Of a stretch of 33,482 bases of DNA, positions 25,603-33,482 are shown piece by piece. Positions within the stretch are counted from its first letter, which is position 1. Each line of letters begins with the position of its first letter. Under the pieces are notes generated by a model, which searched no databases, had not been told where the DNA came from, and worked only from the letters and a program-made list of their open reading frames with translations. Made by a program: the position numbers and the translations under genes. The DNA is from Candidatus Omnitrophota bacterium (GTDB taxonomy: Bacteria; Omnitrophota; Gorgyraeia; Zapsychrales; Fredricksoniimonadaceae): NCBI GenBank assembly GCA_043798045.1, contig JAZDPD010000112.1, positions 1-33,482 of the forward strand, given 5' to 3'.

Positions 25603-27395
25603 TGGTTCTTGGAATCTTGGCTTATTGTTTCAGAAGATTATTAATCAGGGTAGAATTCTTGCGGCAGCTTGCGGGGCGCCTGATGAGGATGCTGGGGTGC
25701 GGGCTTTTGTCAAGATTCCCTTCTGTAGATTATTATGCGCACAACGATTATCTTTTTCGTCTTATTGTCAAACGGGTGAATTACGGGTTTGACATGATGG
25801 TGTGGACGATCAGGTTTATGAAATTCCTGGGTTTTCGCGTGGTGATCCATATCCATGTGAACCGTTTTAATTATTTCTATATTCCTGAAATGGTTGATCA
25901 TTGTTTGTCCTTAAAAGGTTTGCCGCTAATAGACAGGCACAGGTTTTACGATAAAGACAGGTCTTTTTGGTGCGGGTATTTAAGGTTTATTGATAATTTA
26001 AATAAACATTTGGCATCCTTTGATATTAACATCAGCATTGAAGGGAATGATGAGCCATTGATCGCAGGGATATGTCATGCCATTGATCGTAAAATAACAG
26101 ATGATCCGGATAGTTGGGGGTCATTCAATAAAAAAGTGATGATTCTGGAAGATTCCAAGAAATTTTCGCCATCACGTGCCGGCAGGTATTTAAGTTTGTT
26201 GGCGGAAGAAGTAATGGTCGGGCCGGAAATTGTTGTGATGGATATTTATCATAAATGTAATACAGATTGTTTGCACTGCTGGATGCACAGCCCAAAAGCC
26301 AGGAAGCTGTTGACGCCCGAATTCCTGTCTCAGAAAATGGATTTTGAACGGATGCGGGGCATTGTGGATGATTGTGCACGCATGGGGGTGGATGCGATCA
26401 CGCTTTTGGGGGATGGCGAGCCGGTGTTAAATCCGGATTTCTTGAAGATTCTTTGGCATATCAAGAATGCGAATTCCAATATTAATGTGATGACGTTTTC
26501 AAATGGTTTGGCTGTGACACCAGGCATGAGCCATGAGCTTGTTTCTGCGGGACTTAATGAGATCTGGTTCAGCGTCCCGGCAGCAACGGGAGAAACGTAT
26601 GAAAAAGTTTGCCCGTCCAAGAAGGCGTCTGATTTTAAGAAGGTTCAGCAAAACATCGCGTATTTGTGCCGTTTTAAGAAAATTCTGAAGAGATTGCATC
26701 AAGGCTGGGATGTGGTCAGAGGGAAAAAGGCACTTAAGACCGTTGATCGGAAAAATTGTTTTTCGCCTTATTGTATCATTGCCTATGTTTTACACGCCGA
26801 GAATTACCATGAAATCCTTCCCATGGCTAAAATGGCGGTTGAACTGGGGGTTGATGAAATGCGTTTCCAGCTGATCCATCTTGATAAGGATAACAAGCAT
26901 CTGCAGCTGAGCCAGGAGCAGATTGATTTCCTGAATGAGAAATTGCCGGAAGTAAAATTGGTTGCGGAACAAGGCGGCGTTGCCTTAAGTTCAGCATTAA
27001 AGTTTCAATTGACGAATATGGCTGTTTCGACCGGTGATTGGAGCAAGGGATATTATTTGAAGCATGGTTGTCCCATCGGGTTCTTTTTTTCCATTATTAA
27101 GGCCAATGGCGATGTGGGGTTGTGTTGCGGACTTAAGGTTATTGATAATTTGAATCAGAGGTCTTTTTATGATATCTGGATGTCTTCGGGCTACCGGCAG
27201 GCGCGCATTGGCGCCAAGCACCTGTCTTCCAACAAGGATATGTCATTTCAGAAGACGGATTACCACAAGGATGAAAAAAGGGGGGATTTGCTTTATTCGG
27301 AACGGTGCGAGTATTGTGATAATCATGATTTGAACAATGAATATATTAATGGTTTGATGCACAAAGGTTTTTTTGACCGTTTTATGAAAAATTAG
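25599..27395 (+). CDS. radical SAM protein with SPASM/twitch-like C-terminal Cys motifs and an uncharacterised ~200-aa N-terminal domain (paralog 2)
   Basis: ATGA overlap with the upstream stop. YHKCNTDCLHCW (26256-26279, first Cys again residue 220), LLGDGEPVLNPD, GCPIGFFFSIIKANGDVGLCC and ERCEYCDNHD. By eye, roughly two-thirds of residues are identical to the 16936 protein across the core. Confidence 0.85.
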   Translation: MMVLGILAYCFRRLLIRVEFLRQLAGRLMRMLGCGLLSRFPSVDYYAHNDYLFRLIVKRVNYGFDMMVWTIRFMKFLGFRVVIHIHVNRFNYFYIPEMVDHCLSLKGLPLIDRHRFYDKDRSFWCGYLRFIDNLNKHLASFDINISIEGNDEPLIAGICHAIDRKITDDPDSWGSFNKKVMILEDSKKFSPSRAGRYLSLLAEEVMVGPEIVVMDIYHKCNTDCLHCWMHSPKARKLLTPEFLSQKMDFERMRGIVDDCARMGVDAITLLGDGEPVLNPDFLKILWHIKNANSNINVMTFSNGLAVTPGMSHELVSAGLNEIWFSVPAATGETYEKVCPSKKASDFKKVQQNIAYLCRFKKILKRLHQGWDVVRGKKALKTVDRKNCFSPYCIIAYVLHAENYHEILPMAKMAVELGVDEMRFQLIHLDKDNKHLQLSQEQIDFLNEKLPEVKLVAEQGGVALSSALKFQLTNMAVSTGDWSKGYYLKHGCPIGFFFSIIKANGDVGLCCGLKVIDNLNQRSFYDIWMSSGYRQARIGAKHLSSNKDMSFQKTDYHKDEKRGDLLYSERCEYCDNHDLNNEYINGLMHKGFFDRFMKN

Positions 27396-27418
27396 AATTA
27401 TCGACCGGATGAAAAGAT

Positions 27419-28975
27419 ATGGATAAGGATCTGCTTTTAATTCATTGCCCTTTGGCGTCTGTTGATTTGCCGCCTATGGGGGTGGCGTATATTGCCGCCT
27501 TTGCTCAGGCACAGGGGGTTGTGTGCGATATATTGGATTTAAATGCGTTGCTTCATATTCGTGGTACGGAAAAGCAGAAATGTCTCTGGGATGCGGAGAA
27601 TTATAATCATTGGATCGACGAGGGGTTGTTTGATGCCATTAAGGATGTTCTTAAAGAACCGGTGGAGTCCTGGATCAATTACGTGCTCAAGCAGGGGTAT
27701 CGAACTGTTGGTTTTTCGCTTACGGGAAGCAATCTTCTGTTTTCGATATGGTTAAGCCAGTGTCTGAAGGCCTCTGATGCGTCGATATGTATCGTTTATG
27801 GTGGCCCAACAGTTCATTTCAAACATATTAATCTAGATCCTTTTCGTTTTCTTTCTTCGGTAACGACAGGCGAGCTGTTGGTCAATGAAAAGATGGTGGA
27901 TTATATTGTTTTGGGTGAGGGGGAGAAGGCTATTGTGGATATCGTTCAGGCCGTTAAAGCCGGAAAGCCGGTGGATAATCCCAGTGTGGTGACAACGACC
28001 TGCAAGAAATTGAGTAACAAGCTTTCTTATGTTGATCGACTGGATGATCTGCCTTTCCCTGCCTGGGAAAAACTTTCTTTGAACCAATATACTGTTCGAG
28101 AGGAATTACCGATTCTTTTTAGCCGGGGCTGCGTTAATCATTGTGCGTTTTGTAATGACTGGCTGATCTGGAACGGTAAATATCGTTGCCGGTCAGCCAA
28201 AAATATTTTTCTGGAAATGAAAACAATGAGCCGGCGGTATGGCAAAAGGTCTTTTCGTTGCAATGACTTGATGTTTAACGGCAATTTGAACATGCTTGAT
28301 GAATTGTCGGGTCTGTTGATTGCCTCGGGGCTTGAAGTGAATTGGGGTGGCCAGGGATATATACGTAAGGATATGACGCAACAGTTGTTAGATAAAATGT
28401 ATAAGGCCGGTTTGCGGGATATTGTTTTCGGGGTAGAGAGTTTGTCTGATCATGTGCTTGTAAAAATGCGCAAACCGTTCACGTTTGATGATGTTTTGCT
28501 GGTGTTAAAGAGAACCAAGGCGGCGGGTATCCGAACGCATATAAATTTGATTGTGGGATTTCCGGGAGAAACCGAGGAGGATCATTTGTTGACACAGGAA
28601 CGGCTTGGTGTATTAAGCCCGGTGCTGGATACGGTGGCTAATATCAATTGCTGTCGTCTTATGGCGGATGCGCCGATTGAATCATGCTTTGATCAGTTTG
28701 GCATTGTGTGTGCGGACAAGCCTAATATGTGTGAGGCCTGGGGTACCATCGATGGTTTGAATAATCTTGACATCAGGCAGCAGCGGATGGATGAAATGGA
28801 ACATGCTGTGGCCAGGTCTGGCATCAAACGGGTGATTGAGCCCTTGAAGGCTCCAGCATTGTCGCAGGGGCATGGATGGATGGTTATTTGTGGGCATGTC
28901 TGGCGGGTGCTCTTGTGGTTAATTGCGGCGGTGTTATTACTGAAATTTGTTTTACGCGTATTGCACAGTAAATAA
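27419..28975 (+). CDS. B12-binding-domain radical SAM protein with a C-terminal hydrophobic tail
   Basis: The N-terminus DLLLIHCPLASVDLPPMGVAYIAAFAQAQG has a B12-binding-domain rSAM style. It has the motifs DDLPFPAW and FSRGCVNHCAFCNDW (28130-28153). The C-terminal WRVLLWLIAAVLLLKFVL looks like a tail anchor. Confidence 0.85.
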   Translation: MDKDLLLIHCPLASVDLPPMGVAYIAAFAQAQGVVCDILDLNALLHIRGTEKQKCLWDAENYNHWIDEGLFDAIKDVLKEPVESWINYVLKQGYRTVGFSLTGSNLLFSIWLSQCLKASDASICIVYGGPTVHFKHINLDPFRFLSSVTTGELLVNEKMVDYIVLGEGEKAIVDIVQAVKAGKPVDNPSVVTTTCKKLSNKLSYVDRLDDLPFPAWEKLSLNQYTVREELPILFSRGCVNHCAFCNDWLIWNGKYRCRSAKNIFLEMKTMSRRYGKRSFRCNDLMFNGNLNMLDELSGLLIASGLEVNWGGQGYIRKDMTQQLLDKMYKAGLRDIVFGVESLSDHVLVKMRKPFTFDDVLLVLKRTKAAGIRTHINLIVGFPGETEEDHLLTQERLGVLSPVLDTVANINCCRLMADAPIESCFDQFGIVCADKPNMCEAWGTIDGLNNLDIRQQRMDEMEHAVARSGIKRVIEPLKAPALSQGHGWMVICGHVWRVLLWLIAAVLLLKFVLRVLHSK

Positions 28976-28993
28976 AGGAAAAAAGGATTGAGT

Positions 28994-29155
28994 ATGGCTA
29001 CGTGGTTGCGCAATCATTTGTCGCGAGGCGTTTTTCGATTGCTGTTAAGCCCGGCACTTGTTTTGTTGTTGAGCTATCATTTGTTGTTTTCCGTGTATCT
29101 TCATTTGGTCAAGTGTTATCGAAGAACGGAAATGTTCCGGGGTTGTGAATCATGA
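28994..29155 (+). CDS. small hydrophobic protein (53 aa), absent from the supplied ORF track
   Basis: AAGGA lies about 7 nt before ATG 28994. The product is MATWLRNHLSRGVFRLLLSPALVLLLSYHLLFSVYLHLVKCYRRTEMFRGCES. Its TGA (29153-29155) overlaps ATG 29152 of the GT4 gene in the same ATGA arrangement used elsewhere in the operon. It fills an otherwise 176-nt gap. Confidence 0.4.
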   Translation: MATWLRNHLSRGVFRLLLSPALVLLLSYHLLFSVYLHLVKCYRRTEMFRGCES

Positions 29156-30306
29156 AAATACTCATGGTTCATCCGCATGATATTTATTCGCCCCTTGAGC
29201 CGTGGACGATCCGCGTGGTTCGGTTGGCGTGTCAGCTGGCCGCCAACGGGCATCAGGTGACGCTGGCGCATTTTCCGTATTCAGCCGGGGAAGTTCGTTC
29301 GCTTCCTGGAGTGTTTGTGGTGGGGATGGAACGAAAAATGTCGGCAGGGGCCTTTTGCCGCAATGGTTGGCGTTTGTATCAATTGGCCAGGGGCGTGGAT
29401 GTGGTTCATTTTCAAAAAAGCCAGTTTTACGCCGCACTGCCTGCTGTTGTGGCGGCATACCTGGCCGGAAGGCATCTTCATTATGACTGGGATGATTGGG
29501 AGGAAAAGATATTTTATAAGGCGATTGAAAGATCCAGCTTGTCGACATGTTTAACAGGGGCTTCATTTTTCTTTATGGAAAGGATGCTGCCGATTTTGGC
29601 AGATAGCACCTCTGTTGCCAGTGAGGCACTGAGGCAATTGGTTGTGGCACGAGGTGCTGACCAATCCAGGGTTGTTTGGATTCCGGTTGGCGCTGATTTG
29701 CAGCAGTTTAATCCGGGACAAGATGGTTTGCCGTTGAGGAAAAGGTATGATTTAACAACGGAAATCCTTGTATTTTATCATGGTCAATTGCATTCTTGTC
29801 AGTATGGGGGGCTTTTTCTGGAGGCCATCAAGTGTGTGTGTGCGGGGGATCAGGGCCGGAGGATGAAATTCATGATTGTTGGCAGCGGGTCAGATCTCAA
29901 CCGTTTGCGGGCCTTGGCCCAGGATCTTGGTGTGGCGGAGCGTGTGATCTTTACTGGATTTGTACCGCACCATGAGGTGGCGGATTATATTGCGGCTGCG
30001 GATATTTGTGTGGCACCTTTTGAGGATAATGAGGTGACGCGCTGCAAGAGTCCGTTGAAAATTGTTGAGTATTTGGCGTCGGGAAAGCCTGTTGTGGCCA
30101 GTGATGTCGGGGAAATTTCGCGCATGCTGGATGGTGCGGGTATTCTTGTCAAACCCGGCTGTCCTCAAGCGCTGGCTCAAGGGATGTTAAAGCTGGCTCA
30201 GGATAAACAGCTGCGTTGTGCCTTATCCGTTCAAGCGCGATTGAGAGCTGCAAAGTTCAACTGGAAGGCGCTGGCTGAGAAATTGGAAATGGCATATGTG
30301 GCCTGA
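29152..30306 (+). CDS. glycosyltransferase family 4 (GT-B fold)
   Basis: MKILMVHPHD...RVVRLACQLAANGHQVTL is a typical GT4 N-domain start. The C-domain has FTGFVPHHEVADYIAAADICVAPF and SPLKIVEYLASGKPVVASDVGE (an EX7E-like region). Confidence 0.85.
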   Translation: MKILMVHPHDIYSPLEPWTIRVVRLACQLAANGHQVTLAHFPYSAGEVRSLPGVFVVGMERKMSAGAFCRNGWRLYQLARGVDVVHFQKSQFYAALPAVVAAYLAGRHLHYDWDDWEEKIFYKAIERSSLSTCLTGASFFFMERMLPILADSTSVASEALRQLVVARGADQSRVVWIPVGADLQQFNPGQDGLPLRKRYDLTTEILVFYHGQLHSCQYGGLFLEAIKCVCAGDQGRRMKFMIVGSGSDLNRLRALAQDLGVAERVIFTGFVPHHEVADYIAAADICVAPFEDNEVTRCKSPLKIVEYLASGKPVVASDVGEISRMLDGAGILVKPGCPQALAQGMLKLAQDKQLRCALSVQARLRAAKFNWKALAEKLEMAYVA

Positions 30307-30358
30307 TGTGTTGTTTTTATGATGACGTCCCGGAATCTGTCAGCAGAAAGGTTTTAAA

Positions 30359-31963
30359 GTGAAGGATCGCTGGAGGAAGGGCGTAGACGTCTATTGTGTT
30401 TGGTTCATGTTTGGATTTCTTGTGTTGGCGCATTTGATCCTGGCCAAGGCCTGGATTGGCCAGCATTTGATCCTGCGGTATAATAATTCACATGGTTATG
30501 TCACAGCGATCGCGGCCGTGTTTCGTAACATGGTGGATTCTCATGCAGGCTTTCTTCATGGTGTTGTGACATGTCAGTTTGCGCAAGATGTGGGTGAATA
30601 TTGGCCATCATTGGTTCACCGGACCTATCTTTTGGGCCTTCTTTGCCTGTCCTACAAGTGGATGTTCCTGATCAATTTCGTCTATTTAATTGTCATCATG
30701 CTGGGGATATATTTCACCGTTCGGTTTTTAATTGGTGATCGTTTTTACAGCCTGCTGGCCGCGGCTCTTTTTTCTTGTTACGGTGTCATCGGAATGCAAT
30801 TGATTTCGTGTGAACTGCAATTGGCTGGTATGGCGAGTATTGTGTGGGGATTTTATTGGTACATTAGGTCAGCCTTCTTCACGCGTCTTTGGCCGGTCGT
30901 TTTCTTCACCGTGTGTGTGATCCTGGCATTTTATTGCGAGAGGGTGACGATGGGGCTCTATCTGGGTGCTTTATTTTTTGTGCCGCAGAATTTCAAGAAC
31001 AGGAGATCCGTTCTTGTGATGGCCCTGGCAGGGTTGGTTGTCCTGGCGAGTATTTGGCCGTTTTATTATCATTGGTTCATGATGCGGGATTGGTCTTCCG
31101 GGTTGGTGGAATTTTTTGATATAGCGGGCGATCAGTTGGGTGTCGTGGCCTCGTATAAGATGATTTTGAATAATCCTACGTTTGTAGGGATGCACATCCT
31201 GTACTATTTCCTTTGTTTACCGGAGATGTTGCTGGGTCGCGGGTTTACATTCTTACTGCTTGTGGGTTTCTGGTTTTTAAGAGGCTGGAAAGATGGCTGG
31301 CGATCAGTTTTGCTTTTTGCTCTCTTTGTTCCTTTGGCTGGTTTTATTTTAATTGCCAAGAAGCATTACCTGTTTATTATTCCTCTTTGTGTATATTTCT
31401 CCATGATAACGGCGATAGGCATCTTTTCGATATCACGACAGTCTGTTCGAAATCTTCTCGTTGGTCTTGCGCTGGTATTGTGTGCCGTGTACAGTTTTAA
31501 CACCTATTCATCGGGGCGTCCTTTGGAAAAAGTTTTGTTCAGTGGTAGTTTTCCGTTTATAAAGACCCTGGGTGTTCCCAAGCTTTTTTCCTGGGACTGT
31601 TTCGGAGTGGCTGATTATAAAAGGGTGAGGGAAATGGCCGAAAGCATCAGACCGTTTCTTTATCCATTGTCAGGTTCTCGAAAAGTTCTCATGGTTGATT
31701 TGAAAGAATATGTGCAACAGCATACGCTGGTGTATTTATTGCAGTTGACCTTGGAAAAGATAGCGGTTGTTAATGTGCGCTTCAGTGATCATGTGGATCC
31801 TGGTCAATGGCTGCAGGATGCGGACGGATATCTTTTATCCGATAAAATGAAATATTCGGATGCATTGGCTGCCAAGGATATCGGTGGCTGCGCCTATCGT
31901 GGGGTTGAGCCCGTATTTAATCTTTCGGGAAGTGAAGTCGTTTTATATAAGGTCAGGCGATAA
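30359..31963 (+). CDS. polytopic membrane protein with a ~130-aa C-terminal soluble domain; candidate GT-C-type glycosyltransferase or polymer-modifying enzyme
   Basis: GTG 30359 is preceded by GAAAGG 8 nt upstream. There are many hydrophobic helices through about residue 400, then a polar domain. The acidic first-loop motif QDVGEYW is loosely reminiscent of the ArnT/PMT families. No strong family motif was recognised. Confidence 0.5.
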   Translation: MKDRWRKGVDVYCVWFMFGFLVLAHLILAKAWIGQHLILRYNNSHGYVTAIAAVFRNMVDSHAGFLHGVVTCQFAQDVGEYWPSLVHRTYLLGLLCLSYKWMFLINFVYLIVIMLGIYFTVRFLIGDRFYSLLAAALFSCYGVIGMQLISCELQLAGMASIVWGFYWYIRSAFFTRLWPVVFFTVCVILAFYCERVTMGLYLGALFFVPQNFKNRRSVLVMALAGLVVLASIWPFYYHWFMMRDWSSGLVEFFDIAGDQLGVVASYKMILNNPTFVGMHILYYFLCLPEMLLGRGFTFLLLVGFWFLRGWKDGWRSVLLFALFVPLAGFILIAKKHYLFIIPLCVYFSMITAIGIFSISRQSVRNLLVGLALVLCAVYSFNTYSSGRPLEKVLFSGSFPFIKTLGVPKLFSWDCFGVADYKRVREMAESIRPFLYPLSGSRKVLMVDLKEYVQQHTLVYLLQLTLEKIAVVNVRFSDHVDPGQWLQDADGYLLSDKMKYSDALAAKDIGGCAYRGVEPVFNLSGSEVVLYKVRR

Positions 31964-31982
31964 TGGAAGACATGATGCGTAG

Positions 31983-33410
31983 ATGGGTGTTGACATGAAG
32001 ATTGCCTTGATCCATTGTCCTTTCGAGCACAGGGACTTTTCTGAGAATCTGCGGATCGTTGATGAGGAGTTTTGTCATGCGCCTCCGATTATCCTGGCTT
32101 ATGTGGCGGCGATTCTGGAGGGGGCCGGGCATGAGGTCATTATCGTTGAGGCCAACATTCTCAAGCTTACCAAGGAAAAGGTTCTGGATGTGCTCCGGCA
32201 TTTTTCTCCGGATTTGATCGGTTTCAGGGCAGATACATATTGGTTCCATCGCGTTGTTGAATGGGCTTCGTTTTTTAAGGCGAGGATGGATGTTAAGGTC
32301 ATTGTTGGCGGGATCAATGTTACGCTTTATCCCAAGGAATCTTTATCTTATGATTGTTTTGATTATGGAATCTCGGGTGAGGCCAATGAGTCCCTGCCAC
32401 AACTTTTGCAATGCTTGAAAAAGGGGGGTGACCCCGGTTCGATCAGCGGGTTGGTATATAGGTCGGGTCAAGGGGTGGTTGTAAATCCTTGTTCAGAGAA
32501 AAAGATACCTTTTGATGATTATCCTTTTCCGGCAAGGCATTTGTTGCCGAATCATCTTTATAGCTCGTTCACGTCGCAGCGGAAGAATTATACGGTTATG
32601 CTCACCAGCACCGGGTGTCCTTTCGGGTGTTCTTTTTGTGCTATTAGCCGCCAGTTTTTCAGACATCGATCTGTCCGCAGTGTTATTAAGGAGGTTGAGT
32701 GCTGTTGCAGGGAATATCAGGTGCGGGAAATTGATTTTTTTGCACCGTCATTTTTTGTTCACAGGGAGTTTGTGCTTGAGTTTTGTCGTGAAATGATCAA
32801 GGAAGATTTTGGGGTTGAATGGTCGTGCCGCAGCCGGGTGGATCAGGTGGATCAGGAGGTTTTGAGGCTGGCGCACGCTGCCGGTTGCCGCAAGATTTAT
32901 TATGGCATTGAGTCGGTGTCCCCGGATGTTTTGCAGAATATTGCCAAAGATATTAATGTGGCGCAGATCAGGGAGGCTATTCGTTGGACACATGAGGCCG
33001 GTATAAGTACGTTAGGGTTTTTCATGTTGGGTAATCCCGGGGATACCAGGGAAAGCATTTTGGCATCCATTGATTTTGCTAAAGAGCTGCAGCTTGATTA
33101 TGTTCAGGTTTGCCGGACTGTTGCCAAGCCGGATACGGTGTTAAATGATCTTATGATTGAAAAGGGCGGCAAGGATGTCTGGAGAAACTTTCTTTTGGAG
33201 CAAGGTTCCCAGCCACACATGCCCACGCCATGGACGTCGTTGTCCCGGGAAGAGTTGGATGGATATGTGAGGCTCTTTTATCAATCTTTTTATTTTCGTC
33301 CTGCCTATATTGTGAAAAGATTGCTGAAGCTCAGGTCGCCGGAAGAGTTGTTTCGTTTTATGTGGGTGGCGGCAAGGTGGCTTGTGGTTAGGGATCTTCA
33401 TAAGAAATAG
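31983..33410 (+). CDS. B12-binding-domain radical SAM protein
   Basis: MKIALIHCPFEH...PPIILAYVAAILEGAGHEVIIVEAN (ATG 31995 is an alternative start), YPFPARHLL, TSTGCPFGCSFCAIS (32616-32639), YYGIESVSPDVL and FFMLGNPGDT. Confidence 0.85.
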   Translation: MGVDMKIALIHCPFEHRDFSENLRIVDEEFCHAPPIILAYVAAILEGAGHEVIIVEANILKLTKEKVLDVLRHFSPDLIGFRADTYWFHRVVEWASFFKARMDVKVIVGGINVTLYPKESLSYDCFDYGISGEANESLPQLLQCLKKGGDPGSISGLVYRSGQGVVVNPCSEKKIPFDDYPFPARHLLPNHLYSSFTSQRKNYTVMLTSTGCPFGCSFCAISRQFFRHRSVRSVIKEVECCCREYQVREIDFFAPSFFVHREFVLEFCREMIKEDFGVEWSCRSRVDQVDQEVLRLAHAAGCRKIYYGIESVSPDVLQNIAKDINVAQIREAIRWTHEAGISTLGFFMLGNPGDTRESILASIDFAKELQLDYVQVCRTVAKPDTVLNDLMIEKGGKDVWRNFLLEQGSQPHMPTPWTSLSREELDGYVRLFYQSFYFRPAYIVKRLLKLRSPEELFRFMWVAARWLVVRDLHKK

Positions 33411-33432
33411 TGTGCTGAAAAAAAGGAACATC

Positions 33433-33482
33433 GTGATCCCAAGATCTATCTGGATTTCGCTGGTTTTAGGCATCATTGTGTT
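33433..33482 (+). CDS. possible 5' end of a further membrane-protein gene (truncated by the window edge)
   Basis: AAGGA lies about 7 nt before GTG 33433. The open frame VIPRSIWISLVLGIIV is hydrophobic. Only 16 codons are visible. Confidence 0.2.
   Translation, partial: MIPRSIWISLVLGIIV

Noticed and set aside
1-33482. Screen for CRISPR arrays, tRNA or rRNA genes, transposases, integrases and terminal inverted repeats.
   Set aside because: The only repeats seen are paralogous genes and the in-gene 45-nt Trp repeat. There are no spacer-repeat periodicity, cloverleaf-like segments or recombinase motifs.

Overview
All supportable genes are on the + strand. Gaps are about 125 nt or less and there are many 4-nt ATGA start/stop overlaps. 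The window therefore reads as one ~33 kb operon that starts after an AT-rich leader (1-213) and runs off the 3' end. The backbone is a surface-glycan biosynthesis and export locus of the ABC-transporter-dependent type. It encodes a WecA/MraY-like initiating transferase, GT2, GT4 and GT-C-like transferases, and two CDP-tyvelose-2-epimerase-like SDRs. It also encodes a PP-loop N-acetyl sugar amidotransferase, a NodU/CmcH carbamoyltransferase with two small SxtJ/SxtK-like membrane partners, and Wzm/Wzt. An unusual module is embedded in this backbone. It has five radical SAM proteins carrying six CxxxCxxC cores: three of the B12-binding-domain type and three SPASM/twitch-like, with one 942-aa polypeptide carrying one of each. 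It has six membrane-anchored SGNH-like hydrolase paralogs whose fold is split by TPR or helical inserts. These fall into two families, and one copy is interrupted by an in-frame TAG. It also has two FAD-oxidoreductase paralogs. The Wzt ATPase ends in a charged tail with Trp at exactly every 15th residue, nine times. Two small ORFs missing from the supplied track (5866-6027, 28994-29155) look real. I saw no rRNA, tRNA, CRISPR array, transposase, integrase or convincing terminator. Taxonomy cannot be assigned from this window. All family assignments rest on motifs read by eye, not on database searches.
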